Positions 17,450 through 29,759 of a stretch of DNA of 64,000 bases are shown here, piece after piece. Below the pieces are notes generated by a model. The model was not told the DNA's origin. It made no database searches and saw nothing but the letters and a program-made list of their open reading frames with translations. A program made the translations under genes and the position numbers. The DNA is from Guillardia theta CCMP2712 (Eukaryota > Protista > Cryptophyta), in the NCBI RefSeq assembly GCF_000315625.1, contig NW_005434531.1, positions 1-64,000 on the forward strand. The letters run 5' to 3'. Within the stretch, counting starts at the first letter, position 1. Every line of letters starts with the position of its first letter.

Positions 17450-20400
17450 TACGAGGGGATCCAGCAAAGACTGAGGCGTGGAAAGGCGACTGAGAATCGA
17501 GAGGCTCAGAGATGGGAAGCGATGGAGGAGGAAGAGAAGATGATCGCGAGACGAGAAGACCAACAAGGCGAGTGACGAGAAGAAACACAAGAAGACGCGA
17601 GGAGGAAGACGCGAGGAGGAATCAGACGGGATGGTTAAGTTTAAGAATCTCTTCCTCACGCTCTTCTTCTCCTGCCTCGCAGCTTGCACAAACCTGTTGG
17701 AAAATGTTGAGGGAGAGCAAGAGTTGGGAAATTATTACCTCTCTCCTGCTCCAAGTGCTCCTCCAATGCTCTCTTCGTGTAGCACAGCCGCAGCATGTCG
17801 TTCTACATCGCAGCGTGAGGAGGAGGAGGGGGAAGAGCGACCGAGGGACCTGTCGGGCAGCTGCGATGATGGCAGCTCGAGCAACGGAGATGAGCTGAGC
17901 AACAGAGAGAGACTCGTCAAGCTCGTCTGAGCGCGTCAGCTGTCGCATAGCATCCTGATCCTGCTCGAGCTCTTAAATCCCAGTCGCCTAGAGGAGAGGA
18001 AGGAGGAAGGAGAGAGCAAGGAGCAGAAGCAAACAGGATGAAAAGAGAATTCAGGGGTGCGGTACCTCCATGTCGAGTCCTTGCAAGCACTGCATGAAGA
18101 TTTCTTCTCTGCTCGTCTTGTCCGGCATCGGCAGCTCGACCTGCAGGAGGATCAGCAGCAAGCGTCTCCTCCTTCTCCCCTACAGTCTCGTCAAACCGTC
18201 CGGGTCGCAGAAGAGCTTCATCAAGCATGCTCTTGTCCCTCACACAGCCTGCGGTGCTTCAGCCGCACCCTCAGCTCTCCTCGTCTACCTATGAGCACAA
18301 CATGCCCACCTCCCCCGCTCACTCCGTCCATCTCCTGCGTCCCCGTCAAGACCATCCGAGCAACTCGTCGCTTACATTGAGAAGGGTGCTAAGGACGCGA
18401 GCCTCCACGCCCTGAGCCTGAACAACAGGATGAACAAGTCGCAGCAAGAGCATCGGTAGACCTGCTGCTCGCCTTGCTGCAGGGAGCGCTTGATCGCGAC
18501 AGCGTCAAGCTGGTCCAGTACGACTATCTCACGCTCAGAGGATGAGAGGAGATGTGAGAGTTGTCGTACCTACGCAAGGAGAGAGCTCGCGAGCTTCTTG
18601 GAAAACTTGCTTGACCTTGTTGGTATGGTTACCATCCACCACTCCTTCCCCCTTCCTTCCCCCCTCCCTCAGGACTCACCGCAGCTTCGCTCTCTCCTAG
18701 GAATGGCTTGAGAAGCGTGGGAGCCTGCGAGTACCTCAGCAGCAAGTAGAGTTGCATTAAATGCGGTCTAGGAGGAAGGGAAGAGAAGGCGAGGGGAGGG
18801 GAGGACAAAGCTAGGAAGATGACGAGGATCAGAATGGGGGAAACAGCGACAAACCTTCACAAAGATGTTCGCACAAGGACAAGCACTTGCAAGTGAGCTC
18901 GCTAGAAAGGTTTTCCCGCAACCCTGTGCATTGCTGAGGAGCCTCAAGATGTGGAGGGCCAGGAGGGCAGCAGAGGCAGGAAGGATGATAGCAGGGGAAG
19001 CAGGGGCAGTAGTATCTTTCTCACGCTGGGCCCTGCAAGGAGGAGACCGCGAATGGGCTCGACGCCGAGCCTCTTGAACTTGGCAGGGTGAACGATCGGA
19101 TCCAAAACCTGAAATAGCAGAATGAGCAGCTTCCTCCTCCTCCTCCTCCTCCCTCCCCTCCCCCCCCCCCCCCCCCCCGCCTCATACCTTCTCATCCTCC
19201 TCCTCTCACTCACCAGGTTCTGCATCCTCCGCCGAATCGCCTCGTATCCCTTCACCTCCTCCCAGGTCGCCGCGGCGTCTGGATGACTGTCAGTGTGACT
19301 TACAGGGGCGGCGACTATCACCAACTCGTCCGAAACCAGAGGAGACGTGCGAGCCGCTGCAGACTGAGAGCTTGCGCATGCCCTCACTCCATCCTCCAAC
19401 CCACAGGTCTGCATTGCTGGGCGCTTCCTCCTCTGCTCTTCCTGCCGTCACGTGGCCCGTTGCTTGCCCTGGGATCTGGTGAGGGCGGGAGGGTTGAGCT
19501 CACAAGGACCTGAGCTGAGTGAGTTCATTGCGTACCGATGGAGGATGTTCATGTGCGACATGCCGAAGCCATGCGAGAGCTGACGGCATGACGTCACCAG
19601 GCAGACGCAGCGAGATCATCCCACCGCAGCCGCTGCCTGGAGCGAGGCCTCGTCGACTGGACTTGCGCTGCTGGCGTGTGAGATGCTGGGGATGTGAGCA
19701 GAAGCGATGCTTCTCAACGCTGCTTGAACTCTGTGAAGAAAGACATGGATGGCTGTCAATCACCTTCCTCCCGATGGTGAGAATGGATTGCCCGCAGAGT
19801 TATGATGTCCTCAAGTCCACAAGCTCTGCCATCTCCAAGTCAATCACCATCTCATCTTGTTGCTCTTAGACGACCTTCTCGCCCAGAAAGGTATGGAGTC
19901 CGTGGTGTTTGAGCTAGCTATGATACAACAACTCTGACTGGTGAGCAATACAGGATAAAACAACAATCAGTTGACTCCGAGCAAGTCCATTGATATCACC
20001 TGTTCCCTTGTCTGGGCCTGGTACGGATGAGAGACATCAATGAATTTGACACTGACTGTTGTATCAACGTCCCTCTGTCTTCGTGATCTGGCATGAGAAT
20101 TACATCCCTTGAAAACGATTGATTCATGTGTTGCTACCAAACAAAAGATGAAGATCGTCAATGATCAATGTTGCTCCTGCTCATCAGATTTCACTCCGAC
20201 TTCAATCATATCACCGTTTCCTCACCGTCCCCAACTTCGAAGCTCTTGAGATAGTCTGATATTCTGTCGTAGTCGTCGACCAAACCTCCCCTCTGCATGT
20301 CCAAGTCAGAACAATCGTTTCACATCGCAAGCACATTTCCATCGAATGAAGCAGCAAGTCCCCACCATCGATCATGATGCACTTGAACTGCAGGTTGTCA

Positions 20401-21655
20401 GAGCTCACCAAGTGTTTGCATCTTTCTCACCCCACATCGCTTTACTGCCCAATCAATGACTCTCAGAATCGAAGTCTTCCCAAATCCATTCCTTGCGCAG
20501 ATAAGAAGTCCTCTCGGAACAAGGTGATTGTAGTTCATTCCCTTCGGCTCAACTCATTTTCAGCGTCGTCTCATTCCCGCTTACCTTGCTTGCTTTGCCT
20601 GTGGCGTCGATTTCTGGGATTTTCTTTCCTGGGACTACAAGGAAAGGTTACAAAAAGTCGTAGAGTGACTTCTGCATTCTTACTAGTTGATGTCATGAAT
20701 AAGTTCGAAATAGAATGGGCGATTTGGTGAGCATGAGTTTGTGGAAGCCAATTGTTCTCGTTCATCAGAATAGACGATGTCTGTGTTCCTTTACACACAC
20801 AATGAGACATCAAAGTGATGTTTTTACCATGTCCCTCAGTTCGCATTTCCTGCTCCATGACAGCTGCCCTTCATTCCCTTTCCCGTTGAGGTTGAACTTG
20901 CATCCCAAAGCAAATGTGAAGCATTCGCGGTCTCCGAAGGAGTTGTAGTCGAAGTCACCTACTTGACTTGCAATCTTTGAGGAGAGGGGGAAGGACGAGA
21001 GAGAGAATGTGAGAAAAGGAGAAGGAGAAGAAGGAAAAAGTGTTAGAAGCGAAGAGAAGGAGATACGTCAGAAGAAAAACGAAAAGACATGCAAACATCA
21101 AACATGAGTTACCGTATGCAATCGCAAGAATCGCAAAGTTGAGGTCCCTGATACCCCAGGTAATGGGATGTAGGAGTCCTTTGTTACAGTCATTCCCCAC
21201 AATGTCTTTTGCACAAACTCGTCAAACCTGGTAATACATGTGTCAGCATCTGATTAGAAACTGACAAGACAACGACCATAATGTCGATTGTGAATGTTTC
21301 ACTTGATGGAACTTGTCGGATGACACCTCCTCGAAGACTACTTCAAAGTTTGAATCTACAACTGTTTGCTGCAACAATCGCTCAACCGACACCCCCGACC
21401 CTTCCTGCTCTATTGGTGAGGAACCTTAGTAGTCGTAAAGGCTTCCTGACCTTCATTTCAAGAAGTAGCAGAGCTGAAGGATGTAGCGCGATCCATGGTT
21501 CTGATGCAGAAGATTCTCCCACATCCGTGGGCATTAGGGCACACGAAATCGATTTTCCGTTCTGTGGGTTCTTGATACTTACGTAATCCAGAGGCTTCAA
21601 TTGTAGCAACATCATATTCGTCAAGGTCATCCTGACATCTAAACGTTGAAAGCAT
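17450..21655 (-). CDS. AAA+ ATPase, CDC48/AFG2-like, with one recognisable C-terminal AAA module (multi-exon)
   Basis: WEEVKGYEAIRRRMQNL|VLDPIVHPAKFKRLGVEPIRGLLLAGPS|GCGKTFLA, ARELSPC|IVVLDQLD, LTEMDGV, MLDEALLRPGRFDE. Both ends are approximate. Confidence 0.85.
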
Positions 21656-21806
21656 CTCACACAATTGATTCACATAGTCGTCAAGGATCTTTATCAAATT
21701 CCTCTATTTCCTCTTCCTCCTCCTCCCCCTCCCCCTCCTTCTTCCCCCCTCCTCCTCCTCCTCCTCCACCACCTCCTCCTCTGCCTCCTCCTGCTCATCA
21801 TCACAG

Positions 21807-22314
21807 CTATTGATGATCGAGTCCCCTTGGAGCGTCAAGAGCCTCCTCGACCTCATCTCCAGCAGCTCGGACCCGCAGTATCACGCGCTCATCGACACCG
21901 GCGCCCTGATCACAGGCATGACGAACCTGGAGGTGGCGAGCTATCTGATCGAGGCCGGACTCAGCTGGGCAGAGGGAGTGGTGTTCCTCGATGAGCTGGA
22001 TAGGAAGATGATCCTGCTGAGGGACGGGCACAAGGTAGTGCCCCTGAACCAGTGCGACATCCACAAGGCAAGAAGGTTCGCCTTCTACGATCAGGTTCAC
22101 ACCACAGGGATGGACATACAGCACTGCCTCAACGCCAAGGCCGTCCTCACCCTCGGCAAGGACATGACCTTCCGCGACTACGCGCAGGGGGCGTACAGGA
22201 TGCGAGGGATCGGGATGGGGCAGACGATCCCACCTTTTCGTCATCCCCGAAGTGCAGCAGCTGATCGACGACAATCTCAAGGTCGGTCAAGTCGCAGAAT
22301 CAGCAGGAGGAGAA
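21807..22314 (+). pseudogene. Orphan internal exon of a DUF3638-type large P-loop-like protein, frameshifted near 22230; probably misassembled
   Basis: ALIDTGALITGMTNLEVA, FYDQVHTTGMDI and KAVLTLGKDMTFRDYAQGAYRMRGIGMGQTI. An extra C shifts the frame to HLFVIPEVQQLI. No upstream exons; it ends at a gap. Confidence 0.6.
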
Positions 22315-22414
22315 NNNNNNNNNNNNNNNNNNNNNNNNNNNNNNNNNNNNNNNNNNNNNNNNNNNNNNNNNNNNNNNNNNNNNNNNNNNNNNNNNNNNNN
22401 NNNNNNNNNNNNNN
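22315..22414. other. Assembly gap (100 N)
   Basis: Run of N. Confidence 1.
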
Positions 22415-22479
22415 CTCCCCCTCCTTCTTCCCCCCTCCTCCTCCTCCTCCTCCTCTCCTCCTCCTCCTCCTCTCCTCCT

Positions 22480-22523
22480 TATCATCATCATCCTTATCAT
22501 CATCATCATCATCATCATCCTTC

Positions 22524-22617
<94 letters not shown>

Positions 22618-22656
22618 TATCATCATCATCATCCTTTTCATCATCATCATCATCAT
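22480..22656. repeat. (ATC)n microsatellite
   Basis: Long, near-perfect CAT/ATC trinucleotide run. Confidence 0.98.
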
Positions 22657-22929
22657 CTCCAGCCTCCTCCTCCTCCATCACCTTCGCTCTTTTCGGGTCC
22701 TCCCTGTGCCACCGCCCGATAAGCCATGGCTGGACGGATCTCGTTACCACCCAACCCCCCCTTGTTGCTGTCATACGATCCCAGCCGTTTAGGTGCCTTT
22801 CTTGGAGATTCGAAGGTCGGGTGGGTAACCCCACCCTCCTTTCTTCAATCTAAAATGGGGTGGACAGTTGAAGTGGGTAGGGCACGTGTAGTTGGATGAT
22901 GGTGGCCACCCAGCTTGTAAATGCGGTAG

Positions 22930-22973
<44 letters not shown>

Positions 22974-23024
22974 AAAGGAAGAGGAGGAAGAGGAGGAAGA
23001 GGAGGAACACTTCCATCGCTAGGT

Positions 23025-25487
23025 ATGCTAGGTGTCCTGGTGTTCCTAGGAGCATTCGGAACAACAGAAACGCTCGGGGCTTCTGCATTCACCTTTTCGG
23101 GGGACGTCTCCGTAGCCGCCGCCTTCGTCCCTCAATGTCGCTGGTCTCTGCCGAGAGCTGCCGGTCGAGGAGTCTGCCATGTTCCTGTAAGCAAGATCAG
23201 CCTTGCACGCGAGCAGCAAATAGTCACAATGAGAGTGGGAGCGGTCAGGAGCGAAGGGGTTGGTCAGGCAGAACAACAGACAGATCATGAACAATTCAAG
23301 TACTGGAAAGGAGACAAGCCGCTCCCTCGCATGAAGCGAACTGAAGAGCTTCGAGAGCTTGAGAGAATATGCAGGTGAGAAAATAAACAAACTCTTTGAT
23401 GATGGGCTGATTGTTCGTTGAAAGGTATCTACTTCGCGAGTATGAAGGATATGAAGACCTTCCCTTTACTGATAGCGAGATTGAAGGACAGGTGAAGCAA
23501 CATCTCAGAGGTTTTCTCTCACCTCTTTGCAATCAGATCATAAGACTCACCAAAGAAGTGTGGATCAAGTTCTTGGAGCAGGAGAAAGTTGTAGGTGAGG
23601 CAACCCGACATGCCTCCCGGCCTCAATTGACTCTTGGTAGACCATGGCAAAGATCCAATGAGACAACCAAAAGAAATGCGCGACAAATTCTTGAATCTCG
23701 TGAAAGCAAAAGGACAAGAAAGACTTCTGGCCACAAGGGAGGAGGCAGAGGCTGCGATCATGTCTTTCTGCTCGAACCGAAACGAACGATCGATTCAGCG
23801 CAGTCTGTCCTATGTTCAGAAAATTGCAACTGACTTTGCAACATTCTGGGGAGAGGCACAACTGGAGAAGGTAGTTAAAGAGTATTGCAGCGGATTGTGT
23901 TTGCTGATTCATTTCTTGCCCTGGTCAGGTCTTGGCGGAAACAAGCTATACCCCAGCATTGGAAGCAGCGGCAAAGCGAAATTCAACCGTAAAGAATGCT
24001 ATCATTGCCTGCGCAATCTTGTCCGAATACATGAGAATGAGCGACGCAGTCAGCAAGTTTTTAGGGAAAGAGAATTTGTTGTCTAGCGATTGGAAGCCAG
24101 AAGAGTGCAGCTACCAGGAGTTCGAGACTCGAAAGATTGCGCAGTACGAGCGTTTCCGTGCGTATCTGGAGCAAAAGGGTCTGGAGCAGAGCGAGGCAAA
24201 GAACGAGCTTGGGAGCCAATTCAAAGTTGGACAGATTGTAGATTGTGAGGTAAAGTCCAAGGGACCGATCGGCTACATAGTAAGAGTGGAAGGAGAGCAC
24301 GATGGCCTGGTCTACTACTCCGATATCTTCGACGAGCCTCCGGTCATCGGCGAGGTGATTGAGGGGTGGGTCCTCAAGGTAGAACGAGCTTTGTCTCTCC
24401 TTCCTTCGCCTGACGCATGCTGCAGGTACGCGAGGACGGCAAGCTGGACGTGACGCTGAGGCCCCCGGGGGCCAAGGCGAAGATCTCCGATGGGGTGGAA
24501 CGAATCCTGGAGGTGCTGAACAAGGGGAAAGGCAGGCTGAGCCTCGGAGACAAGAGCAACCCAAAAGAGATTTATGCCAAGTTGGGGATGTCGAAGAAAG
24601 TCTTTAAGGAGGCGATAGGGCACATGTACAAGAAGAGGATGTTGTTGCTTGAACCCACTCAGATCAGATTGCAACCAGCTGATATGTGGCTCACTGGAGT
24701 CCAGATGACAAAGAAAGAAATGATCTCAGAGATGAAGGAAAAGAAAACCTCAGCCGAGAAGATGAAGTCGGAATCAAAGGCCGTTCCAGGCAGGGGAAAG
24801 CCTGCTGCTATGACGTCTGCGAGTCACGCTGCTGGGAAGAGCAATTCTGTTGAAGTTGCAGCAAATGAGCTGAGTGGAGAGACCGCGCGCCGCAGGTCCG
24901 AAGTTATGAAGAACTTGAACGAGGACATCGAATGGAAGAAGAAAGAGGCTGCGGAGCGGTTAAGGCAGATGAAGGAACAGGTAAGCAAGCAAGCTCTTCC
25001 CTGTCTTGGTCTCATGCTTGTGCAGATGGCGAGAGAGAGAGAAAAGCAGAAGGAGATCTGGGAAGAGGAACGGCAAGCGCTGGATCCTCGTGAGAAGGAG
25101 CGAAGAAAGCAGCTCCTTGCTACCTCAGGCAAGGGCAAGAACGGAGGACTGAAGGCGACGCTGGAGAAGCTGCGAGCGTCGAAGCAGCAGTCGGTCGCAA
25201 AGGCTCAAGGAAGTTCGCAGGAAGGCAGCGAAGCAGCTCGAGAATCTCCGCCTTCAGAGCAGAGGGCCGCGACCAAGTCGAACAGAATGAGCCGGCTCAC
25301 TGCGACTGAGGTGAGGCAGGGCCTGACTTGAAGTCCTCCTCCTCCTTTTTGCTCGTGCATGCCGCAAGAGGATCTCAGTGTGACTTGTTGCCAGGTGGCT
25401 GACATCGGAGCGGCGGTAGAGGATGCGATCAGGAACCCGCACAACATAGTAGCGAAGAGGAGCAGCACAGACGTCGTTTTGGGTTGA
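23025..25487 (+). CDS. Plastid-targeted CvfB/YitL-like S1 RNA-binding plus winged-helix protein (multi-exon)
   Basis: Presequence MLGVLVFLGAFGTTETLGASAF. S1 domain FKVGQIVDCEVKSKGPIGYIVRVEGEHDGLVYYSDIF...GWVLK|VREDGKLDVTLRP. Winged-helix tail LSLGDKSNPKEIYAKLGMSKKVFKEAIGHMYK. Confidence 0.85.
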
Positions 25488-25940
25488 GAGCAGGACCAAG
25501 AGGTGCAGCTGAGAGGAGAGGAGAGGAGAGGAGAGGAGAGGAGAGCGTTCATATGTACATTGGCATCCTTTTTATTCATTTGTAAACATACAAAACCAAC
25601 TTAGCCGGCCAGTGCATCAGCAGCAGAAGCTACGACGACTTGTTGCATGTTCAAATCTTGCCGACATTGAAATGTTGCATATCAGTTTGACGTGGTTGCA
25701 ATCGGAAGGCGCCTGGACGTCTTGAGCAACTGGTGAATCGACAGGCACAAGTGAGGGGGTGGGGGTAGTGGTAGCGCGCGAATATGAGCATACGGGGGGT
25801 AGTTTTCCTCTTTGATGATGGGGGTAGGGGTCATGCTGTAGTCAAACAAGGTGTTAAAAAAAAGCTCTACGAGGGATAGAAAGTCAGCCGGGCAAACAAA
25901 CGAGAGGAAGAGAGAGCGAGAGAGCGAGAGCGAGAGCGAG

Positions 25941-25983
<43 letters not shown>

Positions 25984-26074
25984 CAGAGACAGAGACAGAG
26001 ACAGAGGAGGAGAGGAGAGGGGAGAAGGAAGCAAGAAACTTGAAATCACATCTTCCAGCAAGAATTTTCATGCA

Positions 26075-26230
26075 ATGGGTGCTGCGTGCATGGGTGCGAG
26101 CTATGCTCATGAAGCGATGATAGCAGGGGCTACCCTCGCCCTTGGATTCACTCCTACCGTCGTTGAGAGGAAGCACAAGAAGTTCAAACCAAAAAAAGGT
26201 CCGCAAAAGGAAGAGGCAAATACAGGAGCA

Positions 26231-26277
<47 letters not shown>

Positions 26278-26860
26278 AGGAGCAGGAGGAGGGGTTGGGA
26301 AGGAAGCCGGGGAACGAGCTGATGCTGGGATTGGAAAGGGGGATGGAGATATCACGGGTGGTAAAAGTAAGCAAGGGAGAGGGCAATTCGAAAAATGTTT
26401 CAACCATACAGATTCAAACTTGCATGGAGTTCGACGTCGAGGAGGCAACAGTGCTCTTGGCGATGCTCCCACCTTGAATCGCCGTCGGAGTCGCTCGCTG
26501 AGTGACCTGAGTGACGCGTTCGAGGAGGAGGCGCGCGCCACGGAGACTCCGGTGGAGCAGGGAGGTGTGCGACGCCTTCAAGGCCCTGAGAAGCAGAAGG
26601 AAGCAAGAGGCCCCCACCGATACGACGCCATCCTCAGCAAGAGCAGCATCGATGACAACCTGCACTTCGTCACCACCCGCGAGCACAGCGGTGGTTGGTC
26701 GAAGCGGCTTGGGAATCGACAATTAGCGAATCAGCTGGACTTCTTGCGAAACAGCTTGGAAGAGAGAGAGATCCTCAAGGCGATGAATGGAGGAGGGAAG
26801 AAGTCAGGCAAGCAGGACAAGAAGCAGGGAGGATCTAAGGAGACAGTGTTGCACCTGTGA
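26075..26860 (+). CDS. Hypothetical intronless protein (261 aa) with a GA dipeptide run
   Basis: Open ORF with an ATG after a purine tract. N-terminal MGAAC is a possible acylation site. No recognised domain. Confidence 0.55.
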
Positions 26861-26924
26861 GAGGAGCTAAAGGAGAATAAACCACAGACCCATCGTTGTT
26901 CATTATAACTCTTACATTCACTCT

Positions 26925-29330
26925 TTACTTGTTCTTACATCCAGCTATCCTCCTATCTCGGTTAGGAGGTGGGTTTGAGGAAGGCGTCCTTCTTGGAACG
27001 AGGCCTCCGCCTCCTCTCCCCCTCTCCTGCGGAACAGAAGGATAGAGCGCCTCGCTGACATTCCAATGCTCTAGTGCTCTTGTTGCTTCCATCCTGTTCG
27101 TCGGCGCATTCATCCCAGCACTCAGCTCTCTGCCTTCCCTCCCCTCAATCCTTCTGTTCCCCACCATCGCATCGTGAGCAGCCGCAGGATCAGCTGCCAA
27201 TGCAAGCTTGAGGTCCAGACGAGCGATAGAGGCCATAATTCGCGACTCCTCGTCCTCAACCGCCTCCATCTCGACCTTGGGTAGCATGGCCCTAGCAGGA
27301 GGCTTCTGCTGCTGGTACTGTGCTGCCTGCATTCCTGCCAGCTTGTTCTGCCGGTACTGCTCCACAAGCGAGCGTGCCTCATCCGCATTTTGACGTAGCA
27401 ATTCGGCAGACTTCCTGAGGGTGTGGCCTACGTCATGCCGTTGCCTTCCTTGCTGCGTGTGCTGCTGCACACCCGAGTATCCGTTCCTCTCTGACTTGAG
27501 ATGCTCGCCCTCCCCCCGCCTCTTCGCGTATCCCTGCTTCGCCGTGTCTTCATTCCTGTTGGTCGCGCCATCCAGCATCCCAGGGTCAACTCCAAGCGCC
27601 ATGTTCACAGCTTGTCGCAGCCATTGGTCTGTTCGCAAGATGCCGGAGAGCTGGTTGGATCCTGAGAGGTCCAAACTCTCCAGCAGAGACTCGTGGGGTG
27701 CCCTCGTGAGTCCTGCTGCTCCAGCTCCAGCTCCAGCTCCAGCTCCAGCTCCAGCTCCTCTTTCTACCTCGAATGCCGCGCCACGTGCCATCGCTCTGTG
27801 AGCCGGAGATTCGAGATCAAGACTATCCAGCAGCGCTGCTTGTGCTTTTGCTGCTGCGAGTCCTCCTCGCACTCTGCTAGCTCCTGCGCTCTGAGCCTTC
27901 CGCGAGCTTGCTTCTTGGACTTCAACTTTCAGGGGGTTGATGAATCTTTGCTCAACAGCGTCTGCTGTGTGGACAAGAGGTTTATACCGATCTGCTCCTC
28001 TGCTGTTTGTTTGCCTTCTGTGAAAGATGGAAACATTCTCTACGGCCTTACGTCCTTCCTCAACCCCTTTGGCAGCTTCCATCCCCGAAGACTTCGGCTG
28101 AGGAAGGGGGCACCTCTGTTTGGCGCTGTGTCCTCGATAGGAGTTCTGACTATAGTAAGAGTTGGTCGTCCGGTTCGATGCAACGGTCGAGTTGCTCTTA
28201 CAGCTCAGAACACTTCCTGTTGGTGAGGTTGCCCTTCTATGTGAGCCGGCTTCCTCTCCGCTGTTTACCTTCTTGAGATGTTCAATTTCCTCCCTGACAG
28301 CATCCACCCGTCGCCTGTACTTCCCTGCCGAGCCTGGTTTCACTTCATTGCCATTCTTCCCGCATCTCAGGTTCTCATTCCAGTAGCCGATGCTGCTCGG
28401 TGAAGTTCGGCCTGAAGCCGAACTTGGACAGTAGCTGGGGGTTTGCATCCCTGAGACATCTTGCGCGAACTCGAAAGCCGCAGGTCCACCAGCTTCTTGT
28501 CTCGCACCTGAGCTCAGGTAGGACGTAAAGTTGAACTCCCTTGCCCGCTCGATCCCCCGCTCAGCCTTGGCAAGCACTTCATCCACGTTGGAGAAGTCCT
28601 GCTTGTTCTTGCCCGTCAGTTTCTTCTCTTGGTGGCCATTGGTGGTCTCCTGATGTCTACTCCGAGAAGACGCTGCTGTCCCTTGACGCGAGGAGTCGGC
28701 CAGCATGTTGGACGTGGGTCTTACCCACCTGTCATGGTCCCTCGTGATGATTGTTGGGGGAGGAATGAGCGAGGGGGGTTGATAACCCACCCGTTGAGAG
28801 CCACTGCCAGGACCCACCCCCGCGTTCCATGCCGGTTTTTCTCCATTGACGAGCTTGCCATTGGGGTTTCTACTCACAGCCGAGGGTTCTTCCTCCTTCA
28901 CACTCGGCACGACCACGTCGTCGAATCGCACCTCCAAGGGTTTCACTCTCGCTCCGGCTGTAATTAGGGACCTGTTCTCCTCAATCTGCGCCCTGCGCTC
29001 TTCCAGCGCTTTCCGTATTCTCAATTCTTCTTGCCATTCCTGCTGTTTCGCAATCTCATCTTTCTGCTTGAGTCTCCTAGCCGTCTCCCTGCGTAACTTG
29101 GCTGCTCGAGCATCCGCAGCTTTCCGCGAAGACTCCTCTAGCTCTTGTATTGTGACTTTCTGACGAGTCGCAGCAGGTCTGCATACCTCCTCCTGTTTCG
29201 AGTTCTCGATGAGTTGCCACTTCCCTTTCTTCAAGGAAGGATCCCAGACCCATTGCCATTGGTCTCCCTGTTTCGCCTGAGTGTTGTTCACAACTCGGTA
29301 ATCACTAATCGTTATCGGAGTGACTGCCAT
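26925..29330 (-). CDS. Hypothetical intronless, largely disordered or coiled-coil protein (801 aa)
   Basis: Uninterrupted 2.4-kb ORF with no recognised domain. Confidence 0.8.
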   Translation of the reverse strand: MAVTPITISDYRVVNNTQAKQGDQWQWVWDPSLKKGKWQLIENSKQEEVCRPAATRQKVTIQELEESSRKAADARAAKLRRETARRLKQKDEIAKQQEWQEELRIRKALEERRAQIEENRSLITAGARVKPLEVRFDDVVVPSVKEEEPSAVSRNPNGKLVNGEKPAWNAGVGPGSGSQRVGYQPPSLIPPPTIITRDHDRWVRPTSNMLADSSRQGTAASSRSRHQETTNGHQEKKLTGKNKQDFSNVDEVLAKAERGIERAREFNFTSYLSSGARQEAGGPAAFEFAQDVSGMQTPSYCPSSASGRTSPSSIGYWNENLRCGKNGNEVKPGSAGKYRRRVDAVREEIEHLKKVNSGEEAGSHRRATSPTGSVLSCKSNSTVASNRTTNSYYSQNSYRGHSAKQRCPLPQPKSSGMEAAKGVEEGRKAVENVSIFHRRQTNSRGADRYKPLVHTADAVEQRFINPLKVEVQEASSRKAQSAGASRVRGGLAAAKAQAALLDSLDLESPAHRAMARGAAFEVERGAGAGAGAGAGAGAAGLTRAPHESLLESLDLSGSNQLSGILRTDQWLRQAVNMALGVDPGMLDGATNRNEDTAKQGYAKRRGEGEHLKSERNGYSGVQQHTQQGRQRHDVGHTLRKSAELLRQNADEARSLVEQYRQNKLAGMQAAQYQQQKPPARAMLPKVEMEAVEDEESRIMASIARLDLKLALAADPAAAHDAMVGNRRIEGREGRELSAGMNAPTNRMEATRALEHWNVSEALYPSVPQERGRGGGGLVPRRTPSSNPPPNRDRRIAGCKNK

Positions 29331-29575
29331 CCCTTCGCTTCAATCAGACTTATGGCCCTCAACGCTTATACTAAATGACATGAAAAAATCACAACGGTGC
29401 TTGAAATTTGCAAGACAACTGCAAAGTATTACAGTCAGTAGAAAACAAACTAAAGAAAGCAAAATTCTACAGAAAACACAACTTTAGTCACAGCCAGGCG
29501 TGAACAAAGCGTAGATGAGGAAGAGGGGGAGAGAGCCCAGTGTGTGAGCGTAGCATGTGTGAAAGAGAGGAGAGA

Positions 29576-29636
29576 GGGTACAGTAGAGAGGAGAAAGGGT
29601 ACAGTAGAGAGGAGAAAGGGTACAGTAGAGAGGAAA
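29576..29636. repeat. 21-bp tandem repeat (gggtacagtagagaggagaaa) x3
   Basis: Directly visible. Confidence 0.9.
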
Positions 29637-29759
29637 GAAGGATGTGGGTGCGAGTGTGAGCATATCATAGGGGGGAGAGAGAAAGAAGAGATGTATCAGT
29701 GTGCCAGCATATCCTAAGACAGTTCGTCTGCTGCCGCTAGGGCAGTGTGCGTTGCCATG

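Noticed and set aside
22252-22834. Poly-His, poly-Asp, poly-Met and poly-Ser ORFs
   Set aside because: Translations of the (ATC)n microsatellite next to a gap. Joining the poly-Asp frame to the AAA gene hits a stop.
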